From: an uncultured Acidobacteriota bacterium
GTDB lineage: Bacteria > Acidobacteriota > Terriglobia > UBA7540
NCBI GenBank assembly: GCA_963804995.1
Contig: CAWDSK010000003.1
Coordinates: forward strand, 512,001-576,000
DNA length: 64,000 bases
Direction: 5' to 3'
The notes beneath the pieces were generated by a model. That model saw nothing but the letters and a program-made list of their open reading frames with translations, had not been told where the DNA came from and made no database searches. Every line of letters starts with the position of its first letter. Position 1 is the first letter of the stretch. Below are positions 61,973 to 64,000 of the stretch, one piece after another. A program made the position numbers and the translations under genes.

Positions 61973-63555
61973 TCAGGATTGTTCCGTCCGGCGCGTGGCG
62001 GCAGTCATGGTGAGACCCGTGTCGTAATCCAGTTCGCGGGGAAGATAGCCATCGTCTTCACGCTGGCGGGTGTATCCGTCGTCGGCCCAGGAGACGGGGT
62101 AGTCCGGTCTCCAGGCGCGGCGTCCCCAGTAATAGCCTCGGAAGGGATCGCGTGAGACGTTCATCCAGTTCAGCAGGCGATCATGCAGGTCATTGCGAAT
62201 AGCCGCGTGCTTTTCCGATTCAATCAGGTTGACCATTTCGTACGGATCAGTCTCAAGATCGTAGAGCTCGTCGGTGGTCATCAGATTGATAGCCAGCTTG
62301 TAGCGGCCATCGCAGACGCAGCGGATCGGCTGGAAGGCGCCGTAGCCGTCGTGGTCCACTTCATAGCGGCCAAATTCGATGAAGACTTCTTTGCGGACGT
62401 GAGCGGTGGGGTCCTTCAGCAGCGCCAACATGCTGCCGCCTTCGAGGGTTTTGGGAATCTCGAACCCGAAGAATTCCATCAGCGTGCCGCTGAGGTCCAG
62501 ATGCGAGACCAGGCTGGAGGACTTGACATTAGCGGGCGTGTGACCAGGCCACATGGCGATAAAGGGCACGCGCGTGATCTCGTCATACATGGCGGGACCC
62601 TTATCGGTCAGGTGGTGCGAATCAAGAAACACGCCGTGGTCGCTGGTGTAGAGAACCAGGGCGCCGGGCGCGCGGGTTTCCGCGGAATCGAGCACGCGGC
62701 CGATTTCATTGTCGATAAAGGTGTGTGACCCAAAGAACTGGGCACTCTGAATAGGCCCTGGCGACCGGTGCAATCTTGGCCCGGCCCACACGCGCTGCTC
62801 TTCGGGCTTGTGGCGCAGATCGTCCTGGAGGTTCGGGTGCGACGGGAATGTATAGTCCTTGTACATGCGGGTGTATTCAATGGGGCAAAGGCAGGGACCG
62901 TGCGGCTCGTCGTACGAGATTACAAGCAAGAAGTCCTCGTTATGGTGCTTCTCAGAAAATCCAGGGCGCGATTGGTGCAGCGGTGGCCGTAGCAATACTC
63001 CGCCGTCCAGGAAGGATCGTTGCCCGTGGCGCGGTCGCGTGAACGCACGCGGTCGGCGGGAGAAAGCTCCGAGAGGTAGTCGCGCATGTCATACCAGTAG
63101 TCTTTGTCCCAACCGGCAACAGGACGCCCTGTATCAAAGTAATCGGTGCCGGTAAGGTGCCACTTGCCCATGAAGGCGCAGTGAATGCCCTTGTCGGTGA
63201 GGCGCTGGCCAATGGTGTGCGTGGTGTCGCCCAGCGGCATGCAGTTTCCCCAGACGCCGTTGGTGTGGGGAGTAAGCCCTGTCCAGAGGGCGGAGCGGGC
63301 GGGCGAACAAACAGGCTGGCAGTTGTAGGCGCGCTCAAACGTGACACCACGCGCCGCAATGCGGTCAAGGTTGGGGGTGTGCAGCCCGGTGTTCACATTG
63401 CAATTCAGCATGTCGTAGCGGACGGATTCACCCAGGATTACGATCGCCTGGCGCAGCGGCCCCTTCTCAGTGCGGCTCGATACGGGTACAGGTTTTTGGG
63501 CGACGGTGGCCATGCTTGCGGCGCCGGCCAGTCTAATGAAATCTCTGCGCTTCAT
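61973..63555 (-). CDS. Formylglycine-dependent sulfatase (YidJ-like), Tat signal; -1 frameshift near 62953
   Basis: KRRDFIR, CSPARS, GKWHL, TSDHG, ELYDLETDPYE; restoring one base gives ALDFLEKHHNEDF. Confidence 0.88.
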
Positions 63556-63687
63556 GGGAGATGACCTCGGAATTGATGCGTTTCGGTTCAGGCATTCTAC
63601 AGCCTATCCACTTGCCAGCACCATCGCTTAATCGTGCCTGCACCACGCCTTTGTTCCCTTATCACGACTACACCATGATGTACTGCT

Positions 63688-63803
63688 CAGCACCACCCCG
63701 GCGCTCAGCGCGCCACCCCTCCTCATCTGAGGCGGGGAGTTCTTGTTTTAAACAACTCCCCTCCTGATTCAGGAGGGGTGGCGCGTTGAGCGACGGGGTG
63801 GTT
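63688..63803. repeat. Dispersed palindromic repeat, copy 3
   Basis: Homologous to 593-740. Confidence 0.8.
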
Positions 63804-63999
63804 ACTGCCGGCGGGCGCAGCAGTGCTTGAACTTTCGGCCGCTTCCACAAGGGCAAGGATCATTGCGTCCGGGCGTAGCCTTTCCTGACCGACGCAAGTC
63901 CGCCTGGGCCGCATACTCCATCACATTCGCGGGGGGACGGCCGGCTTGCAACTCACTCGCCATCATCTTCATGTAGGGATCAATGTGGTGGAAGAACAG
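63802..63999 (-). CDS. C-terminus of a probable anaerobic sulfatase maturase (anSME/AslB-like) with SEC-C motif; partial
   Basis: Manual translation [27 protein letters not shown]...[18 protein letters not shown]; lies upstream of the sulfatase. Confidence 0.8.
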   Translation of the reverse strand: MFFHHIDPYMKMMASELQAGRPPANVMEYAAQADLRRSGKATPGRNDPCPCGSGRKFKHCCARRQ

Positions 64000-64000
64000 C

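Overview
GC-rich bacterial chromosome segment, most likely Acidobacteriota (Terriglobia-like). This is inferred from a CRTAC1/ASPIC-UnbV protein, a carboxypeptidase-regulatory-like outer-membrane receptor and an ADOP permease remnant. Housekeeping genes include aroA, nrdR, an orphan nuoI, hup, sixA, gap-pgk-tpiA-secG, tRNA-Leu(GAG) and RNase P RNA. These are mixed with secreted hydrolases and many REP/MITE-like repeats. Main highlight: a ~9.3 kb minus-strand cluster (35031-44347) between secG and tRNA-Leu. It encodes a heptaheme cytochrome, two NHL beta-propellers, two tandem OmcE-like tetraheme cytochromes, a predicted outer-membrane beta-barrel and a 12-heme protein with an OmcE-like N-terminal module. 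Together these form a candidate cytochrome-nanowire/extracellular electron transfer system. Other highlights: an array of six sigma-28-like promoter/leader units at the window start; a REP-targeting IS with 18-bp TIRs, a 21-bp target duplication and an HTH passenger gene; a dispersed palindrome-promoter element; and a small candidate defence island (55777-60208). Several single-base frameshifts and G-to-A changes at conserved sites suggest imperfect consensus quality. All calls come from reading motifs by eye; no searches were run.
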